DNA of 64,000 nt from Neocallimastix sp. 'constans' (Eukaryota): NCBI GenBank assembly GCA_050613775.1, contig JBODTK010000148.1, positions 124,001 through 188,000 of the forward strand, read 5' to 3'. Numbering within the stretch: the stretch's first letter is position 1; every line of letters starts with the position of its first letter. Shown piece after piece: positions 27,262-42,171 of this stretch. Below the pieces are notes generated by a model, which ran no database searches, was not told where the DNA came from, and saw only the letters and a list, made by a program, of their open reading frames with translations. The position numbers and the translations under genes were made by a program.

Positions 27262-30200
27262 GTTTCGAGGAAGAAATGGCCTCCTCAGCCACACCACTTT
27301 TTATTTTCAGTAATCACACCATATCTCTTCCATTTATCAAATATGCCATTTGATAAAAATATTAAATAAAATAGGTGATAAGAAATGCTCCTTGGCGAAC
27401 ACCACGATGTATTGAAAATTCTTTTGAAAGTTTGTTATTAAGATTTGTATGAGTTTTCAAAGTAAGGTATAGATTAGTAATGAACTGAAGGTATTTACCG
27501 TGAACATCAATATTATTAATATATGTAAGTATATTATAAATTAGAACGGAATCATAAACTTTTTAAGATAAAGAACATCAAGAAAGGAAAATTGATCATT
27601 AGTTTTCTTATTTGACAAATGGAGACAAGTAAACAAAAAAATTCTACTTTATCGAATAAAATTAATAGAAAAAAAAATATTTAATATAGATAATAATATT
27701 ATAATAGTATTATGAGCATTAACATTAATTATAATTCTTTTTACCAGTAAATTAAAACCAAATTGTTCTTGTCTAATAATTCAATGAGAAAAAGTATTGT
27801 CCGAAATTCTTTAAGTAACAATTTTTGACAGAATCTTTAATCCTATATTATGGGTGAAATATCACAGTAATTATTACAATCTGAAAGATCCGTTTTCTCA
27901 AAAATGGAAACAATAGAAGCAGAATTCCATTTATCATGGAAAATCGCCATCCCAAATTTTATAAAATAATAATAATAAAATAGACATTCTTCACAAATGA
28001 AATTAGTAATTTAATGATTTAAATCATTCTGAGAAGAAGTGTTACTCTCAGAATGATTTTATTGGCGTATCATCAGGACCAGATGGTTTGTTATTTTTCA
28101 TTGAAAAAATAGTAGAATGAATTTCTGAAATTGATATTGGTTGACTAATGTCCCATAATTCCTGAAGAGAAGAAGAATTGTTTAGTGTTTCTTTTCAATA
28201 ATTTCTTAATTTATTATTAATAACTCTAAAGTCAAAACAAGAATTCTTTCCTCTATTAAACCAAGTAAACTGGTGACCAACTATATCCAAAACAAACCAT
28301 TGAGAAGAAATTCTTATAATAAGATCTTTAAGTTGCTGCTTGGTCGTATTGAAATCACTAACAACATCAGAAATGTTTTCTGGTGATTCTTGAGTCAATT
28401 ACCAAATTTATTTTTCACTTTATCTATTGAGTTTTTTTGTTTTTTGCTAGAGATATAAATATTTTATAATGAACATATCTTATACCCCAAAAGGAAGCTA
28501 TATTTACTGAGAGTATATATTTGTATTCTAAATTATCATTAGTTAATTTGCAGGAATTGTGAATACCAATATAAAAGCCTCATATTTCAGAGATTTTTTT
28601 TCTTTCATGTCTGCACGTTTCGATACTTCTCTGTAATAATTGTGAATTGGATAGAAATAAGAGAAAGAATTCAGGAATGAACTATTACCAACTTCTTGAA
28701 AACAAATACAAATAGGATTAAAAATTGAATTAAAATGAGTAAGTTCGTTAAGTTTTTCAGAGTTCCATCCATTAATATTCCAGCTAATATAGAAATTAAA
28801 ATATTGAGTATTCTAAAAGGGATTAAGGGATTAGCATACAGAAGACTATTAGAAATAGGAATAGTGGGTTCAAAATAATTCTTAGTCCTATTATAATTTA
28901 TATTGCTAAATGTGCAAGTAGCTGAAGTAATCTTCCAATTTACTCTTTTAACAGGTAAGTGTTTTGTCATCATAAAAATAACTTTCAAATAATCTATATT
29001 ATTATTACAGTTAACTCTTAGGATGAAGTAGTTAACTAGATTTTCATATTAATACAATGTTTTAACAATTCCTAAATAATTTCGTTCAAATTTGATATTT
29101 TTTTTACTTAAGAACTCCCATAGTCTACTTCCAGTCTAAGATTCAAGGTCATAAATAAAAATTAAAACAATTCTTTTATGATCAGAACCAAAACGTCTCA
29201 GACCTCTATGTATAGCCGACATTTCAAAATAAAAACTAAGCTATATTAATAAAAAAAACACTATAAAAATAAACTAAAAAAATTAGTAAATAAATTAAAA
29301 AAATAAAAAAATAAAAATAAAGTCTTCGCTTTAGTCTTTTTTTTAGAAATATTTTTTTATATTGTATTTATTTCACTCGGATTTGTAACCTAATTAAAAA
29401 AAAAAAAAAAAAAAAAAAACATGTTATTAGTGAATTAGTTTTAATTGAAAAAATTTCATATAATACTGAGTTTTATTTTTTTATGGTTTTCTGTTGAAAT
29501 TTAAAAATTTTTTACCATATAATTATTGTGAAGAAATGAAAATATTAATAAAAATAATTATTTTTTATAAAAAAGTGTATAAAGAATTTTAAATATCAGA
29601 AGTATATTAAAAAATTTAAAAAAGTACCTAAAGTAATATTCATAATAAAGTGTATAAATAAATTCAGAAAAAAGTTCATATGCATTGAACCTCACCTCCA
29701 GATTATAAGATTTCTGTTTAAAGGAATTCTTATTCCGGATTAGTGTTTGAATTGACTATCTGAAAGAAATTATGGTCTTTTCCTTCAGAGGCATTCTGTT
29801 AGCCTGTCTTACTGAATTTTCAGCGTCGACGCTCCTGGCAAGTTTACGTTTATACTTTCGGAAGAGCCACCCTAAAATATAGCGTTTTTGAATAATCACT
29901 AGAAATGATTTGGTTCTTAAACAAAATATCCCATTCCTTTTTATAATTTAAATCAATAATGTCTGTATCTCTTCCATCAAGAAGGAAGTTATATAATCAG
30001 TAACATGTCACATACATATTTACACACTCATTATTCAGAAAATTACTTAAATTAACACGATTTTCAACAATTAATCTATTCACTACATTATTAGTAACGA
30101 TACTTTTATTTTCACTATCACTAATATTTCTATTATTAACAATTTTATTTCTATTATTATTATTATTATTAATATTATACTCTTCGTTACTACTATCAGA

Positions 30201-30630
30201 ATCAATATTTGATTCTATATTATTTATACCTTTGACAACAGTGTTTATATTATTATTTGATATTGGACAATATTTGGAAATTAAAAAAATTTTTCATAAT
30301 GAAATTCAATATCCTTAAAATATTTCATTCGAAATTCATGGAAAAGATAGCATTTAGAAAATCAATGTTCCTATCAAGGATTACTATATTTTATATAACA
30401 ACAAACCGGTATGGATAGTCATCTTCAATCATATTAGAGGCTTTGGCAACGCGAAACATCGAATTTATATTCAAATCTGGCACGTTATATCTCTATCCCA
30501 ATAAAAGTATAAATAGCTTTTTTTAATGGAAATTTACATAATGTATGAATTTTTTACCATCACCCTTAATACTACGAGAATTAGGATGGTCTTCCCTCAG
30601 TGAATCCCATAGAGACTGATACGTCTCTAA
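27262..30630 (-). mobile_element. Degenerate non-LTR (LINE-like) retrotransposon
   Basis: Frameshifted RT motifs on the minus strand: MKNNKPSGPD (~28070-28100), WNSASIVSIFEKTDLSDCNNY (~27870-27930), EQFG (~27760), DLKxxYDSV (~27550), RGVRQG..LSPILFN (~27360-27410). Possible APE-endonuclease GSDH at ~29180 and knuckle remnant SKYCP at ~30270. The upstream boundary is approximate. Confidence 0.85.
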
Positions 30631-31445
30631 GGGGGAATGTTATGTATTTAAATGAAATAGATAATTTTTTAAAGTTTTAAAAAACAATATTATTTGGTAA
30701 AAAATAAAATAGAGTATAATAAAATAAAAACAAAAAAAATATTTTACAGCCCTATAAAATAAGTTTAGATAAAATGTAAACAAAATTAAGAAAAAAATAT
30801 ATATACATATATATAATTCTTTAATAATGTTCTTTAATATAGTAAATATTATAATAATAATATTATTATTTTAAATTTTTTATTTATTTAAATACAAATA
30901 ATAAATTCTAAAATGTACATTTTTTTTTATTATTTTATTTAATGTTCTTTTTTACATATTTTTATTTCCTTTAAATAAAGGATTCATTCAATTAAAGAAA
31001 AAATATTAAAATTTTTTATTTAAAAAAAATTAAAAAACTTAAGTAAATATTATATAGATTCTATAAAATAAATTAAAGTATTAAAAAAAATAAAAATTTT
31101 ATATATATACTAAAAATATTAACTTATAAATATTTTTTTTTCGAAATCATCTTTTCTTTTATCTTTAAAAAAAAAATAATAAAAAGATAAGAGGCATTTT
31201 AAAAGGATTATTTAACTATTTTTCTCATTGAATAAATTTGATTTTATTAATTTTTATACATATTGTTCTTACCCTTTTAAAATAAATAATTCAATTTAAT
31301 TTTTTTTATTTCTTTTGTAATTAATTTTTCAGAATTTCTATCAATAGAATATTATTTTTTTTTCTACTTTTTTTTATTCATACTTTTTTTCTTCTTTTGA
31401 ATTAGAAGTAATATAAAAATTTTTTTTTTCATTTTTTTGAATAAA

Positions 31446-32411
31446 TTAATGACGATAAGTAACAGTACCACGAGTAAAGATGAAGAGATCATCTCTAATT
31501 CTAAGAGCTTTATTACGAATTAAAGGTGTAGTACCAACAGTGAAAACCTCATCCTTACGATTAGCTGGGAAAGTCTTTGGTCGTAATTGACCAGCTGAAT
31601 TGTATGGACCACAAATTTGACCACTAGTAGTCATACGAACTTCATCTAAAAGCTTTAAACGAAGAAGTTGAGAAATAACACCACCACCAGTACTAACATC
31701 AAGGAACTTAACCTTTAAGATGGTACGAAGAGTTTCGAAAACGTGTTTTAAGTCGAGACCTTTTCCAGTTTCAGATGGACGGAAAACAAAAATCTTTGGT
31801 CTCCTAAGTGGAGCATCTTCTGGTTGACCTTCCATTGCTTCAGCAAAAATCTTTTCAACATTTTCTTTACCTGTCTCAGAAGTAAGGATGACACAACGAA
31901 CACATTTCTTTGAGAAGATTGGGTGATGTGGGTCAACTTTACCTGTATAAGTAAGAATACATTGGTATGGGAAGTGAGGCTTATCCAAGATTTCTTGTCT
32001 GTACTTAACAAGATCATCGTATCTTGGATAACAAGCAGCTTCTACTTCATTCTTTAAAGTCTCTGGAGTAATTAAAACAGCATCAGCTAAAGACCAACCA
32101 GTGTTTAATAATCTGAAGTCAGTTTTACCACCTAATTCTTCAGCAGCTTCAGCACCTTCTTCTTTAAATGATGCAACACCATCAAAGGAGGCAACACTGT
32201 TAGACCAAGTATATGGTCTATTCTTTGGAATGATGACATTTTTTAAGTTGTAAAACTCAAGAGCTTCGTCCAATGGTACATAAGTCTTGGAAAAAGCCCC
32301 AATACGTGGAGTAACAATAATGTTGGTATATGGTGTTGAACCATCTTCTCTAAATTGGGAAAGTCTTTTACGTAATTTTTGAGCAGATTTCTTGTGAGCG
32401 GTCATAAGCAT
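31446..32411 (-). CDS. RibD C-terminal/dihydrofolate-reductase-like NADPH oxidoreductase, intronless CDS, 321 aa
   Basis: Family motifs RPYTWSNSVASFDGVA, TDFRLL...ADAVLI..ETLKNE, ILTYTG, LDLKHVFETL, DVSTGGGVISQLLRLKLLDEVRMTTSGQICG. Start taken as the ATG in AAAATG at 32411, just after a probable 5'-UTR intron acceptor; the ORF track uses an upstream TTG. Confidence 0.75.
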   Translation of the reverse strand: MLMTAHKKSAQKLRKRLSQFREDGSTPYTNIIVTPRIGAFSKTYVPLDEALEFYNLKNVIIPKNRPYTWSNSVASFDGVASFKEEGAEAAEELGGKTDFRLLNTGWSLADAVLITPETLKNEVEAACYPRYDDLVKYRQEILDKPHFPYQCILTYTGKVDPHHPIFSKKCVRCVILTSETGKENVEKIFAEAMEGQPEDAPLRRPKIFVFRPSETGKGLDLKHVFETLRTILKVKFLDVSTGGGVISQLLRLKLLDEVRMTTSGQICGPYNSAGQLRPKTFPANRKDEVFTVGTTPLIRNKALRIRDDLFIFTRGTVTYRH

Positions 32412-34065
32412 TTTGAATACTAAAATTAAATATTTCAAAAAAGAATTAATTATTATTATTAAATTTTTGTATATGTATTATATATATCATTTAATTCCAA
32501 TAATTATTAAATAAAATTGGATTTTAATTCTATCAGATGTGATTCTTTAACTTTCTTTTCATATATTTTAAAAATTTTAATATTAATATAGTATTTCAAT
32601 TCAATTGAATAAAATTTTAATTCAAATTTAAAGTATTATAATTTAAATTTTTTAATAATATATAAAAATTATAACTAGTTCTTACAACTTTTCAAAGGTA
32701 TTTATTAAATTTTAGGGAAAAACTAAGTATTCTTTTTTTTTTTTTTTTTTTTTTAATTTCAAATATTTTAGATAAAAATCTAAAAATTCTATTATTCAAA
32801 TATCGAATTTATATATGAATGTATATTATAGTAATAAAAAAAATAAAATTAATAACTATAACAATAATTATTAATAAATTATTATAATTTTTCTAATCAA
32901 ATTTTCAATGAAAATATAAGATTTTTAAAGAAAACAAAGACAAAAAAAAAGTAAAAATTAAATATATTTATATGTGTATCTATTTTTTTTTTAAATAAAA
33001 AAAAAAAGCAATAATTCATAATAAAAACAATAAATAAATAAATAAATAAAATAAAATAAAATAAAATATTACTATTAAATAAAATATAATTGATAATTTA
33101 AATAACTACATTTATTAGAATATAATAAAGATTTATAGTCTATCAATATTTTTAGTACTAAATGTAATCAGTTATTTAGTTAATATGCAATATTCACCTT
33201 CTATATTAAAATAATATAAACACAAAAGTCTTGATTAATTTCTTAATAATTATGCATATATTATATAAAAATACTATATATTCCAATTATATTATAAAAT
33301 AATATTAATATATATATTTTTTATTTTAAAAAATAGTCAAATTATATAAAATAATATTTAAATAAAACCATTATTTAAGTTTAAATCTCGAGATTTAATT
33401 AAATTTTAAACAAATTATTTTATTATATTATAAATACATATTATTTATATTATACAATATATTTATTAGAAATTATTAATATATATAATTAAAATATTCA
33501 ATATATAAGAATTTAAATAATTTTAACAAATCAGTGTCTATTATGAACATTCTTTTTTTGTTAGTAATTAAAAACAGCAAAATAACTAAATCAAATATAA
33601 TAAATTACACTTTATGGTACAATTTTATATTAAAAAAAAGCTCAAAAAAAAAGGGAAAATACATTTAGAAAATTTATATAAAAGTGGATTACTATAAATG
33701 GACATATAAACTTATTATAAAATTTTTAAATTATATATAAGAATGTAGAAAATTAAATAAATAAGATATATGCTTCAATATAAAACAATATAAAGTAAAA
33801 TAATTTGGACTTTGTGGAATTTGTTAAAATAAAGAAAAAAAAATTAGATAATAATATGAATTTTTTTTTAATTAAATTAAAATTATAACTATAATAAAAT
33901 ACATTTTCGAATTTATTCTAATATATTATAAAAATACTAAATAAATACTGAATAAAAAAATTAAATTTTTAATTCTTTATAAGAATGCATCAATATTATA
34001 TGAATATTTAATACTTCCACTAATAGTATTGGAAAATCTTTTTTTTTCTTGTTTAAAAATGAAAA

Positions 34066-34096
<31 letters not shown>

Positions 34097-34284
34097 TTAA
34101 ATAATGAATATTAAAGAATTTTTATATTTCTTCCATATTTTCCATTATATTTACCATACATAATCTTTAGAAATGATTATGCTCTTAATAGAATTTTTTG
34201 ATATTTTTGTTTTTTTGAAATAAAATGAATATAAAAAAATGAAAAAATAAATAATAATTATATATTATTACTCATGCTATTTGT

Positions 34285-34552
34285 ATTATTTATTTATTAT
34301 TTATTATTTATTATTTATTATTTATTATTCATTATTCATTATTTATTATTTATTATTTATTATTTATATTATTTATTATTTATTATTTATTATTTATTAT
34401 TTATTATTTATTATTTATTATTTATTATTTATTATTTAATTATTTATTATTTATTATTTATTATTTATTATTTATTATTTATTATTTATTATTTATTATA
34501 TATTATTTATTATATATTATTTATTATTTATTATATATTATTTATTATTTAT
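34285..34552. repeat. (TTATTTA)n microsatellite
   Basis: Visible directly; produces the spurious IIYYLLF ORF. Confidence 0.85.
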
Positions 34553-37072
34553 AATCTATTATTGAAAAACTTTCTCCATTTTTTATATGTTTCTTCTTTG
34601 CCTATAATTTTGAAAAGAAAAAATTAACTCTATTCATAACTATTAATTAAAATTTAAATAAATAAATCTCTCTTTAATAATTGATGATAAAATAAAAAAA
34701 AAAAAAATCTATATATTTTGATATTGTTGATTGAAAAAAGAAACTGTCACTGGTATATAAATAATATTATTCAATTTAACAATTATAAGTTGTTATATAA
34801 ATATTAATAATAATTAGTTATTATATTTATTATTTAATTATTATTATTATTCTTATTATACATAATAAGAAATTAATTATTATATATAGAGGTTTTATTA
34901 TTTAAGTTCAACATAAATATATTGGGAATGAATAAAAATATATATATAATAGAATATAGAAAATAAAATAAAAAGAATAAAGTATATTAAATATATTAAA
35001 TTATAGAAATATTTACAGAAATATTTCTTATATTATTTTATTAATATGATCATTATTATACTTTTTATTTTATTTTATTTTATATAAAAAAATATTTTTT
35101 TTTTTAATCTTTACTATAAGAGAAATAATTATTGTATTATTGTGTATATCAAAATAAATTTAAAAACTAAAATAAATTTATAAACGAATAAAAATATAAT
35201 TTAAATGTTTTTTGTTTTTTTTTTATGAATTGTTCCAGATAGCAAAGACTGATAAAAAAATTTGTTGTTAATCATAATTTAATAATAATAAATAATTAAT
35301 TCATATATGTATTAATTATTTTAATTATTCTATGATGTTTTAAAATTTTTAAAGTTTATTACAAATAGTATTATATTATATATTATTTTATATAATTTTA
35401 TATTATATAATATATTATATTATATTATGAATTTTATAATCTAAAATTATGAATATTTCAAATTTAAATTTTAAATGATCATATATAAAATTATTTTTAT
35501 CCAATTATTTTTTTGTTTTTATTATTTTATATTAAATTTTTATCATTTTATACATATTGTTAAGTAAAAGTATAAAAATATATTTGAAAGTCAAGACAAT
35601 TATGCATTTAAATAGATATTTATAATTTTTTTAATCTCTACTTAATAGTTATTGTTAAAAAAAAGCTTAAATTAGTATTAAAAATTAAAAGTAAAATATA
35701 ATCATATTATAAACTTTAATGTTTATATAATAAATAATTCTATTTTGGTATTTTAAAGAGAAACTTTCCTTTTTTATTATTTTAAATCTGAAAAAATTAC
35801 TAAAAATATCCAAAATAAAAATAAATTAAATTTTTAAAATTTTGAATTTGTAAATACATGCATCAAATTAGCAATTAATTAATGTATTTAAAAAAAAATT
35901 ATACTACATTCAATTAATAATTAATAGAATCAGTTTTTGATAAAATTGACATACATTATTAATTATAAATTGTTAAAGGTAATCAAAATATTTTTCATTA
36001 TTAATTATTAAAATATATTAATTCATCGTTTTATTGATATTAATATCTGAACTTTAACTTTAAATTATTAATTTTTCCTTTAAATTAACGGTTTCTATTA
36101 ATATACATCATGTTTTAATAATGAGTCTGTTAATAATTATTATTTATGATTTAAAAGATATGTTCATAAAAAGATATATATAATTTGTATACTAAAGTGG
36201 ATTTAATAATTATTATTATTAAAAAAATATTACTTTAAAGATTTTTTTATCTATATCGTATTACTATCAACAAAAAAAAAAAAGTCGCTAAATAATATAA
36301 ATATTTTATTTAAAATATAGTATCTTTATTATATTCGAATTGGAAGTTTTTTTTTTAACCTTTTATATTTTTTAATTTAAAAATATCTTATATTAAATTT
36401 GTCATTATTTTTTTTTAAAAAAATTAAAATTTAAAATTTACTATATTTAATATTTATAAAATGTTCTTTTTTAATACATTCTAAAAGTGATAATAAAATA
36501 TTCTAATTAAAATATAATTAATTATCAAATTAATATTTTTTATTTTATTTTTTTATTATTTTAATTTTTATTTTCAAGATTGAATTAAAATTCTTTGAAA
36601 ATTAAAGAAAAAAAAAAAAAAGTTTAAAAATTTAAATTATTTATACCGTTTATGGTAATAATCCTAATTAAAAAAATATTCAAATTAATTTTTATTTTTA
36701 ATGTTTTAAATTATGTTAAAAAAAATTTTTTTAAATTATAAGAAATATAAATGAAAAAAGTTCAAAATTTTAATTTTTTAAATAATAATGATAAATAATT
36801 GATAATAAATAATAAATAACAAATAATAATATATATTAATCAATTAATAATATTAATAATATTAATAAGAGTATCATTATATAAACAAAGAATAATAATC
36901 TTATAGTAATAATTTTCAATTTTTATAATATTATAAATCCTTTAAAAAGAATAATATTATAAGAATTTAAACAGTGGTATATTTTTTCATTGAATTTACA
37001 GTTTTAATTAATGTATTTGTTTACTTAATATTATTTATTCATAATAAGTAACAACTTTTGGTTGTTGTTTTT

Positions 37073-37114
<42 letters not shown>

Positions 37115-39836
37115 TAAAATACAATTTTATTAGGAAAAAATATTTAAAATGCATGTAAATAAAAATTTTTTTTTTTGTTTTATTATCATTATTTGATATA
37201 TTTATAATTAATAAAGTATTAAATATTATTATTCTCTACTTTTAATATTATTAAAACCATTAGTTTAAGCTTAAATAATATTATGTTCCTTTTGGTCCAT
37301 GTGTAATATTCATATTACTAAATTATATATTTAAACAAATAAAAAATAAAAAATATAATAATAATTTGATATTGAATAATTACTTGAGAAGAAAAAAATA
37401 TATCATCTAAGATTATTAAAATTAAAAGATTAATAAGATTTTTTAATTAATAAAATAATTTTTAAATTATAAATTATAAATTTAAAAAAATAATAATAAT
37501 AAAATAATAAAAAATATAGTAATAAACTATCCATAAAAAAAAGATAAAAAATGAAAAATAATAATCTATAATTAATAATATATTGTTTATAATTAAATTC
37601 CACTATCCTTTTTTTTTTTATTTTTATCTACATGTAAAGTATTTAGTATGGGTTAAATCATATTTTTTGATAGTTTAATTATAGTTTTAAGCTTTAATTA
37701 AAAATATATATTATAGCCAAAAGTTAATTTTATGGACGACCATTTTTATTCCATAATCATGAAATAAGGTTGAACAAATTATATGTTTTACTACTTTTTT
37801 TTATTTAATAAAAGTTTTAATCCAAATAAAGTATATCAGACAAATAATTCTAACCTATAATAAATATTTATATGAGTTAGATTTATTTTAATATTGTTAC
37901 TATTAAAATTTTAAATTATAATATTTTAATTATTATTATAACTTTATAATAAAAGAAAAAACTTATTAAAATAAAAAACAGATAAGATAAATCAAGCATT
38001 AAAAAAGTTTAATTAAAATTAAATGCTTATAATTAATATTTTCTAATAGAATGTAATACAGAATAAAATTAATATATTAGTACAATTATTGTTACTATAA
38101 TTATTGTTTAAATAATAAAAGTTGAACTCTAATTTTTTATTAAATATTTAATTATTAGTCTATATTTTTTTATTTTATTTTTAATTAATTAATAATTACT
38201 TTAAATATAAATTAATAAACAAATAATAATATCATTAATATTAAAATATTAAAGAATAGAAAAATAATATCTCTAAGTATTTAGTATTATTACACCGTTA
38301 ATAAGTATTAGATGAATCTATGTCATTTATGTATAAAATAATTACATGGTTTAAATATACCATTTATATATGATGGAAACCTTTCTCTTGAAGGGTGATA
38401 TTATACCATCAATATATGTGAATACCAAATATCTCATATATATTTGGATTTACATCACTTTTTATTATAATCCGCTTTGTAGATTAGCGCTAAGTTTTAT
38501 ATATTCTTCGCTTTGTAGTTTTAGCGATAACTATTAAATATTGCTTTATAGGTTAGCATTAACTATTAAAATATTGTTTGTTTGGAGTGTTATGGTTAAA
38601 GTAATTTAATATTTAATTATGTTATTTTACATTATTTTACATATAAAATCATAATATTGAATTATTAAATTATTTTATTTTTAATATTAGATATTATTTT
38701 TCTATACTTTAATATTTTAATATCAATATTATTATTATTTGTGTATTAATTTATAATTATAGTAATTATTAACTAATACTATAATTTTATTTATTAAATA
38801 TATATCAGTATTATTATTCAATATGTCTATTTAAACCTTACATTCCATATATATATTAATAATAATAATAATAATAATAATTATTATTATAATAATAATT
38901 ATAATAATAATTACTTTTAATTTTATAAGTTTATTTACTTCGTGTATACATTTTTAAATATTAACATTACTTTTAATATTTTTCTTTTATTATGATTATT
39001 TTTTTTATTTATAAATTTTTTTCTTGAAAATTTAATATATTATATTAATTTTAAGAATTAGTTATTTTTTTAAAGGTCTTATTGATTGATTTTAATTCTA
39101 AAATAATTTTAATCCATTTTTTTTTATCTTTATAAGGTATATCTTTATCATAGTAATAATATAATTATTAGAACAAATAATAGATATAATAACGATATTA
39201 TAATTTCGTCGTTGATATTTATCCACATATATATAAAATAATCATGGATTATTAAAACAATGAACGATAAAAAAAAGTTACCAGTTAAATTTAATGCTTT
39301 TCAGTTGTTTTTAATTTAAAATTTTACAAAATAATATTATTAATTATTTTTATTACCTTTAATTTCTTAAAGTTTTAAAGTACTATATATTAGTCATTAT
39401 TATAATATTATAATAGATTTTTTAATCTATTATCTATTTATTTTTTATTTTTATATTAAACTATTAACTGGATTTTTAAATTAATCTAAAAAATAGTTCA
39501 TAATATGGATATAAGTAAGTGACCTGATAAATATTGCATTAATTATTCTTTTTCTAATTATTCAGAGGATTTAATTTTATTCTTATTTCACTGTTTTTTT
39601 TTTTTTTTTTTTTCGTTATTATGATTTCTAATGTTTTGTTATTTTAGCTTTATATATATATATTTTAATAATCATTATATATAATAATTAAATTTTTTCA
39701 ATGGTCCTTTAAATTTTATCAAATCCTATACTCTTTTTCACTTCCAGCCAAATAGAAGTTAGATCTATGTTATTACTGATTTAAGGTTGATTCGTTTATA
39801 TCAATATTAATAGATGATTTAGAATTGATTTTTTTC

Positions 39837-39881
<45 letters not shown>

Positions 39882-41096
39882 TTTAGAAGAAGAGTTTTAT
39901 AAGGTTGATTTTAATAATTAAAATTAAAATTTGCTTTAGATATTTTTTTCTAATCAAGTACTTTAACTATGTAGTATTGATAATTTATATTAATTTATGT
40001 ATAAATAATAAAAACTTATTTTTAAAAATTTTACCAATATTCAATCATATATAAAAATATAATAAAAATAGGAAAAAACATTTTAATAAAGTTTATTTGT
40101 TATTTTATTGAATATTCTATTTTATTTTTTTTTTTTTTACCTAATATTATTGAAATATTAATTTGCAACTTTAATATTTTAATAAATAAATATTCCTTTT
40201 TTTAATTGTATTTATTTATTTTGATTATTTCACATTTGAATATCTAAAATATTTTAAAAGATATTTATATTTAACATTTACTTTTGCATTTGAGCTTTAC
40301 TTATATTAATTAAAATAGTATTTTTATTACAACGTTAAACCATATTTATTTAATTAAAATACATTTCGAAAAACTGTTATTATATATTAACATTATTTTA
40401 TTATTTAACCTGAAATCATCATAGTTTAATAATGTTTTTATTTATTTTTTATTTTATTTTTGCTTTGTTTTTTATTAATATTTAGAATTATTCTTGATAT
40501 GAAATAGAAATAAAAACTTTAATTAATAATAAATTTATGTTTATTAAGAAATGTAGTAAAAGCATAAATTTATGTATTAATCTAGTTTTTATTGTATTTC
40601 TTATTAAAAATTAATTTATATATTTTTATTATTTAATTTTAACATTAATGAAAATAAAATTAATATTTTTACTTTAATATAGGAAAACTTTATTATAGTA
40701 AATAATTATAAAAGAGAAAAATATTTAGAAATAGTTTTATTTCTTTGTCCAAGAATAAGAAATAGTAGATTAGTGTAATTCTTGAGATCAGAATATGAAA
40801 ATAAATATTAATTTTAGGAATAAATGTTAGTTTACATTTATAATGATAAGTAAATGTAATTCTTTTAAATAAATAAAATTTAAATAAAGATATTTTTATA
40901 AAACATATAAATTAAATCCCCCAAATAAAGAATAAACCTTAAAAGAGCCGAACCTGAACTTCGTACTTTATCATTCTGTTATTATATTTTATTTATCATA
41001 TTTGAAGATTATGAAGATTGGAGACTTGTATTATATAATTTTGTTTCCCATTTTAAATTTAAAGTTTACCAATAACAATAATAAAAATAACTAAAA

Positions 41097-41143
<47 letters not shown>

Positions 41144-41309
41144 ATGATAATAATAATAATAGATACATTTTTTTAAATAAATTAATGTATATTCTCGTAT
41201 TATAATCACTAATTATTTATTGATAGTTCTTTTTTATAATTTTTAATTTTTAATTTTAGGTTTTGAAATAAACTTCTTGGTATTTATTTATTATATATAT
41301 ATATTTATT

Positions 41310-41348
<39 letters not shown>

Positions 41349-42171
41349 TTTTTTTTTTTTGAGAAAACATATAGATAGTGGTAAGAAGATGAATCTTTAC
41401 TCATCTGACATTTTGGTAAAAGGGAATTTAATTCTTTCATAATGATATAAATTTATATTTCCAATTGGTTGAATATTATATTTTTGTTTTTATCAGTGAT
41501 GGCTTCCACACCAGATATTTACTTCTTTTTTAAAGATTTATTTTCGAAGTATTATTATTATTATTATTATTGTAATTATTTATAATAATACTTTGTTGGT
41601 TAGCAACTTTTTTTTTTAGATAAAGTATTATACATCATATATAAATTAATAATATTTTTTTTTTATAAATTAATATTTTTTGTTACAATGTAAATTTAAT
41701 AATAATTATTTTTTTTCGAAAGATTTAAAAAAAAAAAAATTTTTTTTTTATTGTACTACATTTAATTATATATATTTATAAATAATTTTTGTAAAAAAAT
41801 AAGATTTTGTGTAATTATTCTATAAGATTGTATTGTACCAATCTTTTTTTTTTTTTGTGAATATTTAAATTATAATATATATATATGTAATTTTTTTTTT
41901 AAGAATAATATATAGCAATAAATTTTATAGCATTTAAAATTTTATTTTAAATGACGATAATAATAAGATGTTTGTTATTTATTATTTATTAAATAAAAGT
42001 AATAATATTATGAATTTTTATATAAATTTTAAGAAATATTAATTTTGATAAAAAAATATTATAAAATCATTTCGTATATTTAATATATAAAATTAATTTT
42101 TTTTCTAAAATATCATTAATAAGCTATTACATATTATTCTTTCAATTATTAATTTATTTATAGCCATAGTG

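Noticed and set aside
28195..28988. ORFs 28195-28398 and 28671-28988 as host genes
   Set aside because: They lie within the decayed LINE ORF2, between the endonuclease and RT motifs.
30628..30650. AAGGGGGAA-TGT resembling a polypurine tract plus LTR start
   Set aside because: I found no second LTR copy or plus-strand pol sequence to support it.
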